IMG/VR virus record: IMGVR_UViG_3300010218_000026
DNA from: a virus
DNA length: 37,451 nt
Direction: 5' to 3' (one strand)
Under the pieces are notes generated by a model that was not told the DNA's origin, searched no databases, and saw only the letters and a list, made by a program, of their open reading frames with translations. Positions 23,491-32,037 of the stretch are shown in pieces (the first letter of the stretch is position 1; the number at the start of each line of letters is the position of its first letter). The position numbers and the translations under genes are program-made.

Positions 23491-24050
23491 TGAGGCGCCC
23501 CCGGCGTGGATTGAGCGAGCAACTCCGTCTTGCGATCACTCGACTGGCTGCTACCGAAGTAGTAAGCGACGACCGCTGACCACGAAGCTCCAAGGGCTCC
23601 CAGCATCAGCATCAGGGCGTCGTGCGCTTCCTTCTGGATCGGATAGAACATCATCAGCGCGAGGCAGCCGAAGAAACCAAGCGTGACGAAGACAGCGAGA
23701 AACGGCGCCGTCATGCTCTTGGTGCTGATCTGCATGGCGCGTGCGCTGGCGCGGTCCTGAACTGCCAGAGAAGCAAGCGTCTCCGTGTTCTTGAATCCGG
23801 CCTGCGCCATTGCGAGCGCATAGTCCTGATCTTTGGCCCTCATGGCTGCGAGCTGCTCAGGCGTCGCACCACTGATCGCCGCGGCGAGTGATGCTTGACG
23901 ATCATCAGTCGATGCATCGGGTTTGGGTGTGATGCCGAATACGCTTTCCAGCGCAACTACAGCCCCGCCAGCCAGCGGGCCGCCGAGTGCTGTAGCGATC
24001 GTTGGAGCCAGTGTCTTGACGACGTTCAATGCTGATGTCCAGGCGCTCAT
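23487..24050 (-). CDS. Membrane protein, putative 3-TM holin-like lysis protein (187 aa)
   Basis: Start trimmed to the ATG at 24050 (ATGA overlap with the endolysin stop). It has a hydrophobic N-terminus and two C-terminal TM helices (APFLAVFVTLGFFGCLALMMF, LMLMLGALGASWSAVVAYYFG). Confidence 0.5.
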   Translation of the reverse strand: MSAWTSALNVVKTLAPTIATALGGPLAGGAVVALESVFGITPKPDASTDDRQASLAAAISGATPEQLAAMRAKDQDYALAMAQAGFKNTETLASLAVQDRASARAMQISTKSMTAPFLAVFVTLGFFGCLALMMFYPIQKEAHDALMLMLGALGASWSAVVAYYFGSSQSSDRKTELLAQSTPGAPQ

Positions 24051-24529
24051 GACGCGGCCCTCCGCAGGTTGCCGGCGATACGGTTCGCCCATCCTTTACC
24101 GAAGCTCTCGAAAGCAGCGAGGCTCGTGTAGTAGAGAAGTCGCGAGGCGTTGAACAGGATGATGAGTTTCATTGGATCTGCCGCGCGCACTGCGCCGACC
24201 GTGATAGAGCCAATCACGCCGTCAGCCGTGACGCCGGCCGCCTGCTGAAGCCATTGCGCCGGGTGCCCGCCGTTGTATGCGGCGTCGAACACCTGAAAGC
24301 CAATGCGCGGGTCGAACTGGTCGCACTGATACGCATCCCAATAGTTCTTCTTCGCGATTGCCTTGGCAGTCTCGAGCGGAAGGTCTTTCATATCGCCGGC
24401 ATAGCCCCATGCGCGCGCGACGCGGGCCGTCACTCCGAACATGGTTTCTCCACCAGGATCGGCCGGGTTGTTCACATAGCCGCCCTCATTGCCTATAAGG
24501 GCCGAGAAAGCGTCATCGAAGGCGCTCAT
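24047..24529 (-). CDS. Endolysin, GH108 muramidase with PG_binding_3 domain
   Basis: FSALIGNEGGYVNNPADPGGETMFGVT is the GH108 catalytic signature. The C-terminal half is consistent with the associated peptidoglycan-binding domain. Confidence 0.85.
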   Translation of the reverse strand: MSAFDDAFSALIGNEGGYVNNPADPGGETMFGVTARVARAWGYAGDMKDLPLETAKAIAKKNYWDAYQCDQFDPRIGFQVFDAAYNGGHPAQWLQQAAGVTADGVIGSITVGAVRAADPMKLIILFNASRLLYYTSLAAFESFGKGWANRIAGNLRRAAS

Positions 24530-24705
24530 TTCTGGCTCCTGTATTTGCGGATCGAGATATAGGTCTGAACGACGCTATAAATGGTTGATGCGAGTAACGC
24601 GAGGCCGGACAGCGTGATGCTGTCGAGCGCATGGCCCATTACCACCCCGACCCAGGCCGGCGCCGTCTTTGCGGCGGCGACAATTTGTTCTTTGTAATGA
24701 TCCAT
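24526..24705 (-). CDS. Holin candidate (59 aa; not in the ORF track)
   Basis: MDHYKEQIVAAAKTAPAWVGVVMGHALDSITLSGLALLASTIYSVVQTYISIRKYRSQK has two hydrophobic segments and a basic tail. SD AAGGA lies upstream, and the stop overlaps the endolysin ATG (ATGA). Confidence 0.6.
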   Translation of the reverse strand: MDHYKEQIVAAAKTAPAWVGVVMGHALDSITLSGLALLASTIYSVVQTYISIRKYRSQK

Positions 24706-24718
24706 TGTCGGCCGTCCT

Positions 24719-26878
24719 TTAAGGCGTATAGAACTGGTTCAGATACCAGATCGACGCGTATTTGAAGAACTTATAAATCGAAGATGCGGTAGTTGGTTGA
24801 TTCACACTGTTGTGAATCGAAATGCCCAAACCATTGACGTACGTCGTGTTCGCGTTGCCGGACTGAACTGTGAATTCCTGCCCGTCGAATCCCCCGACAA
24901 AGTTGGTTAGGTTCGTCGCGCCTCCGTTCACAACGGTTGCCGCATCGAGCCCCATAATTAACGGGGCCGTCCCGGCGATGGCCGGAAGTGGAACTGGGTG
25001 TTTGTTTTTCCTGAATGACCAGCCAACATAATTCGCGCTCGGCCCCGACGCCTGGAACGCGTTACCGTTGACGCCAGTCAATTGCGAAAAATCGTTGTCG
25101 CAAAACTCGCAATTCAGGTAGGTCAGGTTGCTGCGAAACCCGATATTCAGGCCGAAAATCGTATGCGGCGTCGGGTTGAAGTCGATCACCCGGTTGCCGT
25201 TGATCTTGATGTTTTCGTATAGCGCAGTCGGGATACTTGCGGTCAACGTCGCATCGACCCAGATGCCGTCTTGAGATCCATTCCCGGCGAAGTTGCAGGA
25301 ATCGATGATGTTGTCCACCACCGTCGCATTCGCGAGGTTCCCGCCGAGGTCAGTGCCGAGCTTGATGCCCTGCTGGGAAGAGAACCGGATGTAGTTGTTG
25401 CTGACGATGTGATTGGAGCTTACGTCGATGCCAAACAGGCCCGCGTAGATGACGACGTTGGAATCGAATACGAGCCCCTCGTTCGCACGTGTTCCATCCT
25501 GTCCGAGACCGATCCCGTCATTGCCTGCGTTGCGGTTGTCGTAGCAGATGTTGTTGGAGACCGTGATGTACTGATCCCCTGCGCCGACCACTATCATGAA
25601 ACCGTTCTCTGCCGCGCTGCTGACGATATGGGTAGGAGGCGTGGCGCGGTTGACGTAGTTGCCCTCGATGACAACGTACTGCGCCACCGTGAAATTGCTG
25701 ATGTTGGAGTTGTAGCCCGTCTGGATTGCGCTCGAGCCGCAACTGATGATGGAGTTGTCCTTGATCTCCCCATTCGTCGAGCAATAGGCGGTGATGCCGC
25801 CCCACCCGATATTTTCCAGCCGGTTGCGGTTGAACCTGTAGTTCGACACGCTGCCGGTCGCCGGATTGAGGATGATGCCGTTGTAGATGAAGTTGCGGAT
25901 ATAGCAGTTTTCGACAAACAGGCCGGACACCGGCAAGGTATTCGAAACCGCTCCGAAAGCCTGCGCGGCGTTGTTCGCGATATTCCCGTCCATGCCGAGA
26001 TCACGAATGCCACAGTTATTGCCGTTCAGGATAAAAACTGCATTAGGATTGAAGCCGTTGAAGCCGGTCGCATTCGACGGGACAGTAACTGTCGTGGCGT
26101 ACATCGAATCGCCGCAGATCGTCACGTTCGACGGAACCACGATTGACGATGAAACCACTGTCGTGCCATGCGGGATAAACACCGTACCGCCGCCCCTCGA
26201 TGAGGCATAGACGACCGCCGCGCGAATGGCGCTGGTATCGTCCGTGACGCCATCGACCTTGCCGCCAAAGCGCGGGTCAGTCACGTCGATGAAGTTGTTG
26301 ATGCGGTTGTAGAGCGCGCTGCCGCTGGAAACAGAGGCGTCGGTCACTGAGCCGGGGTTGGGAGTGCCGATCGCGATGGTTGTCCCGATCTTGACGTTGA
26401 CCTCTTGCACGCCCACCGGGATCGGACTGTTGAACGTGAGCGTCGTCCCTGAAACCGACATCTGGTCGTCGGCCTGATATGCAGCGTCGAAGAACACCCA
26501 CATGTTCGCCGAAGCGCCCGGCGCGATCGGAAGGGTCAGCGTTGTCGTCACCCCCGGAGTAAAGTTCGTGCCGCTGACATACTTCGCATCCGTGATGTTG
26601 CCGACCAGACCAGAATTGGAATCCTCCGTTACCTGATCCCAGACCGTGACACCCGACGAGTCCTTAACGATCTGGCGATAAACGCCCGAGCCCCAGATCA
26701 GTGCCTGACCGCGGCTGTCGAGCGTGACAGGATTGGTGTTGGCAATCGTGCCTGCCGCGTCCTGATATGTCGGCTTCGGGTTCAGCGTGCCGGGGAAATA
26801 GAACCCCACTGTGCCGCTTGCCAAGGGAAGCCCGTTCTGGTCAATGAACTGCGACTTCGCGTTCGGGAGGATTTGCAT
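24719..26878 (-). CDS. Tailspike / depolymerase with right-handed beta-helix (pectate-lyase-3-like)
   Basis: 719 aa. FIDVTDPRFGGKVDGVTDDTSAIRAAVVYASSRGGGTVFIPHGT is the Pectate_lyase_3 N-terminal signature. Many N/G/I-rich beta-helix rungs follow. Confidence 0.85.
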   Translation of the reverse strand: MQILPNAKSQFIDQNGLPLASGTVGFYFPGTLNPKPTYQDAAGTIANTNPVTLDSRGQALIWGSGVYRQIVKDSSGVTVWDQVTEDSNSGLVGNITDAKYVSGTNFTPGVTTTLTLPIAPGASANMWVFFDAAYQADDQMSVSGTTLTFNSPIPVGVQEVNVKIGTTIAIGTPNPGSVTDASVSSGSALYNRINNFIDVTDPRFGGKVDGVTDDTSAIRAAVVYASSRGGGTVFIPHGTTVVSSSIVVPSNVTICGDSMYATTVTVPSNATGFNGFNPNAVFILNGNNCGIRDLGMDGNIANNAAQAFGAVSNTLPVSGLFVENCYIRNFIYNGIILNPATGSVSNYRFNRNRLENIGWGGITAYCSTNGEIKDNSIISCGSSAIQTGYNSNISNFTVAQYVVIEGNYVNRATPPTHIVSSAAENGFMIVVGAGDQYITVSNNICYDNRNAGNDGIGLGQDGTRANEGLVFDSNVVIYAGLFGIDVSSNHIVSNNYIRFSSQQGIKLGTDLGGNLANATVVDNIIDSCNFAGNGSQDGIWVDATLTASIPTALYENIKINGNRVIDFNPTPHTIFGLNIGFRSNLTYLNCEFCDNDFSQLTGVNGNAFQASGPSANYVGWSFRKNKHPVPLPAIAGTAPLIMGLDAATVVNGGATNLTNFVGGFDGQEFTVQSGNANTTYVNGLGISIHNSVNQPTTASSIYKFFKYASIWYLNQFYTP

Positions 26879-26892
26879 GTGGGCCTCAAAAC

Positions 26893-26918
26893 AAAAAAGC
26901 CACCTCTTTGGGTGGCCT
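26893..26918 (-). terminator. Rho-independent terminator (second of a tandem pair) just upstream of the tailspike gene
   Basis: The minus strand reads aggccacc-caaaga-ggtggc followed by tttttt. Confidence 0.7.
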
Positions 26919-26924
26919 ATAATG

Positions 26925-26948
26925 AAAAAGCCCTCACAGGGAGGGCTT
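26925..26948 (-). terminator. Rho-independent terminator (first of a tandem pair) after the ejection-protein genes
   Basis: The minus strand reads gccctc-cctgt-gagggc followed by ttttt. Confidence 0.7.
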
Positions 26949-27046
26949 CGGAGATTTCAATGAATAGTGATCAGTTCTGGAGTACGGTATTCAGGACACT
27001 GGTTTTCTGTCTGCTTGTCGTCGTTATCCCCCCGATATACCGTCGG

Positions 27047-29377
27047 CTATTGCGGGCGTGTGACCGCATTGACGAGCGCATTGCCCGCCGGCGCGGCGAG
27101 TGGGACCCCGTACTTGGAAAGCGCATTCCCTACTGGGACCGCGAACCCGGGGCGCGCCGTAAGTAGGGCTTGCGCGGTCTTCTGCCCCATCGCTGTATAA
27201 GGAAGCGCCCCGACGCCCATCGCAGCAGCAAGAGGCGCGGTATAGCCAGGCACGAAAGCCTGCCCAAGCGCAGCCGGTCCCATCAGAGCTAGTAGCGCGC
27301 GCCCTGGAGTGCCGGAATCAGGATATTTCGCCCCGAGGACCGACTGTCCCGCGCTAGAAAAGTCCTGCATGAGCGCATTGCCGGTCGCCGTTGCCCCCTT
27401 GCCTGCCGACTTATCGGCGCCGCGCACAGCATTGTTCAATTGGGCGGCTGTAAAAACGCCTTCATTGTTCATTGCACCTTGTGATCCGGCCGCCGCGCGC
27501 AAGCGCACGAAGTTGGCATAAGCCGCATTGGCCTTCGCGAGGTCTTGAACAGCATCCGAGGCGTTGTTGCGCGGCAATGACTGCTCGACAAGATTTTTCA
27601 CCTCGCCGATTGCCTGCCCGAGCTGCTGATTATCGAATGACGGATCGCCAGATAGCCCCCGAGAGATTCGGCCGAGTTCGCTCTGTACGCCCTTCAGCGT
27701 TGCGCCATCCATTTCGCCCTGCGGCGATAGTTTGCCGACGATCTGGTTTTTAACCACGTTCATGAACTGCGACTGCTGGGCCGGTGGCAGGTTCTGCGCC
27801 AGCCCAGCAAGGTTGCCGAGATCCGACTGGAACTGTGGGTCAGCCTTAAACGTCAGCTTGGAAAGCGCGTCGTCGTAGGCATTGCTGATCGTCTTTTGAA
27901 CTGCTGCCACGCCTTCATTACCGATCGGTCCGTCATAGGTCTGCCCGAGCGGCTTCAACACTTCGTTGTAGGTCGCCTTATTGAACCCCTGAACTGCACG
28001 CTGCTGTCCGTTCTTGATCATGTCCCCAAGAAATGGAACGCTGGTCAATTTGGATTCTGTGCGCGCGGCTGCGCCTCCGAGAATCTGACCTGGGGTAAGC
28101 GGTACGCCGGCATCCAGCAATTTTTGTTGCGCGGCACCGACAGTCGGCGAGATAGCGCCACCAATTGCACGCATGAGCGGGTTCGCAACTCCTCCAACGA
28201 TCGCCCCAGTTCCCGCCTGCTGGAGCTTCTGGCTCGCGTATCCTTTGGACGTATCCGTCACGGGCTCGATCAGGCTATTGGCAGCCCCGGATAGTGCGCC
28301 GGCGCCGATCCCGCCAAGCAATCCACCACCGGTCGGCATCGCAGCAGCCAACGGAATGGAGCCGATAGCGTTCCCAACGCCGCGGCCTACATCTACCCCT
28401 GTCCCGCCATTTGCGGCGCGTTGAGCGGCATATTGAGCATCCTGAGACTGGATGGTCTGATCGATCTGCGGGACAGCCGCGTTCAGATCTTTCGTGAACT
28501 GGGCATCGGGCGCGATCTTGTTGGCAAGCCATGCACCGCCATGCGCAAGGGACTGGACGCCTCCCTTGATGGCATCGCCGATACCCATCGTGACCGAGCC
28601 GGGAGCCTGCCACGGCTGACCAGTCACGGTTGGTTGAGCAGCATCCGGTTGGGGCGCTGCTGCCTTCGGTGCATCCTTGGCCGACATCACGCTATTCGCC
28701 ATCGCGAGCAGAGGATCGTCAGCGGGCTGTGTCGATGCCGTGGCAGACGTGGTCGACGAAGAGGCGGCTGGCGAGCCCGCCATGACGCCGTGAGCCATAT
28801 CCAGCAAGGGATCGCCTGTGGTCGACGACTGCGCGGGCGTGGGTGCTGACTGCTGCGGTTTTGCTTGCGGCATGATCTGTTGTCCAGTAGCCGAGATGAC
28901 GGGCGCGCCCATCTGCTGCGGTCTGAGTTCGGCAGCGTTGGCAGTCCCTGAGATAGCCGACGCAATCGCGTCCCCGAATTTCCTCACCATTCCAACGGCG
29001 CCAGCCAGCTTGTTTGCATAAGCCGAATCTTCGGCATAGCCGCCTGCCTTAAGCGCTTTGCCGTATGCAGACGCATCAGAACCCGCTCCTACGGCTCCCT
29101 TGTAGTTGCTGCTGATCAGGTTCGCGAAGTCGTTGCCGAACGCCTGCGGGTTCGCATAGGCGCGGTACTGGTCATTTGAGCCAGTCTGGTTATCCGTCGC
29201 GGCGACGCCCGGCCCCTTGATGTTGCCCAGATTGTTCGTGCCCGGGATTACCGACTTGCCCCATCCCGTCTCAAGTCCCCATTGCCCGAGCAGCACATCA
29301 GGAGCGACACCGATCCTCTGGCCGACGCTCGCCGCGACCGGCGCATATTGCTGGATGAACCCTTGAATGTCCGGCAT
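27047..29377 (-). CDS. Internal virion / ejection protein with N-terminal FlgJ-type glucosaminidase (peptidoglycan hydrolase) domain
   Basis: Start trimmed to the ATG at 29377 (TGATG junction). LLGQWGLETGWGKS..NNLGNIKG..YRAY..GGYAEDSAYANKL matches the glucosaminidase (PF01832-type) pattern. The remaining roughly 600 aa are A/G/Q-rich. Confidence 0.75.
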   Translation of the reverse strand: MPDIQGFIQQYAPVAASVGQRIGVAPDVLLGQWGLETGWGKSVIPGTNNLGNIKGPGVAATDNQTGSNDQYRAYANPQAFGNDFANLISSNYKGAVGAGSDASAYGKALKAGGYAEDSAYANKLAGAVGMVRKFGDAIASAISGTANAAELRPQQMGAPVISATGQQIMPQAKPQQSAPTPAQSSTTGDPLLDMAHGVMAGSPAASSSTTSATASTQPADDPLLAMANSVMSAKDAPKAAAPQPDAAQPTVTGQPWQAPGSVTMGIGDAIKGGVQSLAHGGAWLANKIAPDAQFTKDLNAAVPQIDQTIQSQDAQYAAQRAANGGTGVDVGRGVGNAIGSIPLAAAMPTGGGLLGGIGAGALSGAANSLIEPVTDTSKGYASQKLQQAGTGAIVGGVANPLMRAIGGAISPTVGAAQQKLLDAGVPLTPGQILGGAAARTESKLTSVPFLGDMIKNGQQRAVQGFNKATYNEVLKPLGQTYDGPIGNEGVAAVQKTISNAYDDALSKLTFKADPQFQSDLGNLAGLAQNLPPAQQSQFMNVVKNQIVGKLSPQGEMDGATLKGVQSELGRISRGLSGDPSFDNQQLGQAIGEVKNLVEQSLPRNNASDAVQDLAKANAAYANFVRLRAAAGSQGAMNNEGVFTAAQLNNAVRGADKSAGKGATATGNALMQDFSSAGQSVLGAKYPDSGTPGRALLALMGPAALGQAFVPGYTAPLAAAMGVGALPYTAMGQKTAQALLTARPGFAVPVGNALSKYGVPLAAPAGNALVNAVTRPQ

Positions 29378-30807
29378 CAGAACGCCCCGAGCGCCTTCAT
29401 GGCCTGATAGTCCTTCGTCCACTGCTGAAGCTTTCCTTCAGTCTTCAGCTTCTGCATGGCGGCCTGTTGCGCGGCGGGGTCACCGAGCGAGCGAACATAG
29501 GACACGTCGGGATTGAACGACTGGTTCCACTTCGTTTCGAACTGCGGGAGCGCGCTCGTGTTGTTGCCGTTCTGCGCGAGGAAGTTGGTGGTTGCCTGCT
29601 GACGGTCTAGAACAGCCTGTTGCAGACCCTTCACGTGCTGGATCGACTCGAGCAACGCCGGCGCGTTCATATGTGCCGGGTCTGGTTGGCCTGCCTTCGC
29701 CGCGGCAAGACGTGAATCACTGCCTGATAGACCGAGCGAGGATGCAGCCTGATCGGCGGCGCTGTTCAGATAGTTCACGAGAAGCTGATTGTTCTTGACC
29801 GAATCCGATCCGGCCTGAATGCCGAACGTGTTCAGCAGTGCGGGGACATTCAGCGCCGCGGCTGCGCCCTTGCCTGCGATCGTGCCTTGCAGAGCCTGCG
29901 CCGCCATGTCGTAGGTCTGCATGAGCGGCTTGGCCTGGCTTGCGGCCTGCTGAAGCGAGCTATAGCGTTGACCGGCAGCATCAGCGATACCCTGCGCGCC
30001 CATTGGGGGAGCCGTCTGATAGCCGCCGCCTTGCTGCTGCGGAACCTGACCGGAATCCATTTGGCCCTTCGTGTACGTGACCTGCTGGCCGCCCTGGTTG
30101 ATCGTGACCCCGGGCGCAAGTGCTTCACTCCTGGAGAGACCGTTCTGGACCGTATAGCCGACCGTGCCGACGCCGCCACCAGCCGCTAGCGGATTCTGAT
30201 TTACCGCAACAGTCGCCGGACCTGTGTTGACCTGCGCATACTGCGGCAGCATCGCGTGTAGCTGCGTCTCGCCGCTGAGTGCCGACATGTAGTGCTGCTG
30301 CACCCAGCCGCGCAATGCCTGCGGATCTTGCGGCATCGACTGCATTTCAGCCTGATACACCTGCGGCGTGATCGCACCGGCCTGCAATTGCGTCGTGGCG
30401 AATCCCTGAACGTCCTGCGGAGACAGATCGGGTTTCGTCAAAAGACTGCCGAGGCCCTGACGCAAACCGCTTTGCGCCTTGATCGATTGATCAAGTTGGC
30501 CGGTTTGCAGAGTCTGTTGCTGTTGCTTCTGTGTATTGATGCCCTGAATGACCTGTGGCAGGTTGTACGCGGCGGCTGGGTCCTGGCTAAGGATGCCGAC
30601 GAGCTTGTTATTGTCTACCTGCCCGGTCGTCGGGTCAGTTGCCTGCTGATAGGCGGCGGAGGTGGCGCGGTTGGCGTCGAGTTGCTGTTGCTGCGCGAGG
30701 CCGCTGGCATTGAGTGCGCGGAACTGCGCAACGGATAGCGCCTGCTGAAGCGGATTGATAGGCTTCGGGGCGTTCGCGTTCAGGGCGATTGATGGATCGA
30801 TGGGCAT
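29377..30807 (-). CDS. Q-rich ejection / internal virion protein (476 aa)
   Basis: Low-complexity Q/A/G-rich protein, placed between two other ejection-type proteins (analogy to P22 gp7/gp20/gp16). Confidence 0.6.
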   Translation of the reverse strand: MPIDPSIALNANAPKPINPLQQALSVAQFRALNASGLAQQQQLDANRATSAAYQQATDPTTGQVDNNKLVGILSQDPAAAYNLPQVIQGINTQKQQQQTLQTGQLDQSIKAQSGLRQGLGSLLTKPDLSPQDVQGFATTQLQAGAITPQVYQAEMQSMPQDPQALRGWVQQHYMSALSGETQLHAMLPQYAQVNTGPATVAVNQNPLAAGGGVGTVGYTVQNGLSRSEALAPGVTINQGGQQVTYTKGQMDSGQVPQQQGGGYQTAPPMGAQGIADAAGQRYSSLQQAASQAKPLMQTYDMAAQALQGTIAGKGAAAALNVPALLNTFGIQAGSDSVKNNQLLVNYLNSAADQAASSLGLSGSDSRLAAAKAGQPDPAHMNAPALLESIQHVKGLQQAVLDRQQATTNFLAQNGNNTSALPQFETKWNQSFNPDVSYVRSLGDPAAQQAAMQKLKTEGKLQQWTKDYQAMKALGAF

Positions 30808-30816
30808 TTTTGTCCT

Positions 30817-31575
30817 TTACACCGTGAAGCCATATCCATTGCTGCCGGCGGCCATGCCGGCGCTACTTGGTGCCGCTGCAGCGCTCGCATTGTTCTTCAA
30901 CAGGCCATATGTAAGTGCGCTATTGCCGATCCCATTCAGACCACTCGCCAGAGCATTTGCACTGCCGATCGTTCCGGCCGCCTGCGCGTTCGCTCCGCTC
31001 GTGAGCGTGTTTCCAATGTTGCCGACCGCCTGCGCTCCGAGAGAACCATTCGTCGCCGCCGCGTTCTGGCCGCTGCCAACGATGTTCGTGAGCCGGTTGA
31101 CGTTGTTCGCCGCGCTGCTGTAGTTCGTGTTGAACGTCTGCAACGCGCGGTTGAACACATCGTTGTACGTTGAATCGGCCAGCCCCGTCGCATAGCTCGC
31201 GGCACCCTTCATCGCAGCACCAGAGACGCCAAGCCCCCGCGCGGCCGCGCTGTTCTGCACCGCTTTCAGACCTTGCTGCTGCGTGAACTGATAACCGGGC
31301 GCCGACATGGCATCGGCGGTATTCGGCGCAGTGAACTGCTGCGTCAGCATCGGGTTAGAAAGCGCCGTCTTCAGCGGATTGATATAGCTCGCGCCCAGAT
31401 CCATGTATGGCTTCAGATTTTGCTGCGTCTGTTGCCATTGATCGTTTTGCAAGTCCGCCGAATATTTCGCCGCGTCCGACTGCGTATTTGCCGCGCTCTT
31501 TGATGCGCTGGAACTCATGGCGCTGGATGCCACGCCCCCGACGACTGCTGCGCCGGCTACCGCTGCTGCGACCAT
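30817..31575 (-). CDS. A/S/N/G-rich ejection / internal virion protein (252 aa)
   Basis: Hydrophobic N-terminus and low-complexity composition. The call rests on position only. Confidence 0.55.
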   Translation of the reverse strand: MVAAAVAGAAVVGGVASSAMSSSASKSAANTQSDAAKYSADLQNDQWQQTQQNLKPYMDLGASYINPLKTALSNPMLTQQFTAPNTADAMSAPGYQFTQQQGLKAVQNSAAARGLGVSGAAMKGAASYATGLADSTYNDVFNRALQTFNTNYSSAANNVNRLTNIVGSGQNAAATNGSLGAQAVGNIGNTLTSGANAQAAGTIGSANALASGLNGIGNSALTYGLLKNNASAAAAPSSAGMAAGSNGYGFTV

Positions 31576-31578
31576 GAT

Positions 31579-32037
31579 TTAATCCCCCAGCCACTTTTCG
31601 TAGGTAGTCTCGACAGGTTGGAAGTCGAGAAACTTGAACAATGCAGACGCGTCATGCTGAACTTTGCTGCCGATCGCCCACCGCCTGACGCCGCGGCGCT
31701 TCAGTTCCTTTTCGACGAAACGGAACATGCGCACGCCAGCGAGCCCAGTCCGTTTGTCCTCGCGCACGAAGAAAATGTCGGGCGAACATGTCAGGCAGTC
31801 GCGGTAATGCAAACCCGGCGCGATGAAGCAAACGAAGTACGCAACGATCTCGCCGCGCTCGCGCCCGATGACCATCATCAGAGAGCCGTCAAGCTCCCGC
31901 GCGCGGTAGACCTCGACCATCGGATCGAGCGGCACACCGTGATCCTTGTGCGTCGAGATTTCGCCGTAATGCTTGCGCAACAGCGGCAGCAACTCGGCAT
32001 AGACGCCAGAGAACGGCTCGATACTGAACGTGATCAT
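31579..32037 (-). CDS. GNAT-family N-acetyltransferase (152 aa)
   Basis: Start trimmed to the ATG at 32037 (ATGA overlap with the dioxygenase stop). Motif A-like FFVREDKRTGLAGVRMFRFVEKELKRRGVRRW. Confidence 0.65.
   Translation of the reverse strand: MITFSIEPFSGVYAELLPLLRKHYGEISTHKDHGVPLDPMVEVYRARELDGSLMMVIGRERGEIVAYFVCFIAPGLHYRDCLTCSPDIFFVREDKRTGLAGVRMFRFVEKELKRRGVRRWAIGSKVQHDASALFKFLDFQPVETTYEKWLGD

Noticed and set aside
25271-26146. 291-aa plus-strand ORF inside the tailspike gene (also 32100..32975 plus, 17677..18552 minus, 16625..17371 minus, 1326..2075 plus, 2784..3401 plus, 3444..4076 plus)
   Set aside because: All are long antisense frames opposite genes with clear family signatures. 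They are R/A/D/V-rich and have no coupling to their neighbours. This is a common artefact of high GC content.
22328-26878. Diversity-generating retroelement acting on the fibre or tailspike C-termini (as in BPP-1-like podophages)
   Set aside because: No reverse transcriptase ORF was found in any frame, and I saw no template/variable repeat pair near these genes.
26873-27166. 97-aa plus-strand ORF (internal MNSDQFWSTVFRTLVFCLLVVVIPP...) in the gap upstream of the tailspike
   Set aside because: The hydrophobic stretch is tempting as a small moron. However, the ORF must read through 120 nt of the opposite-strand ejection-protein gene, and it starts inside the terminator hairpins. There is no SD, so it was kept only as a remark.
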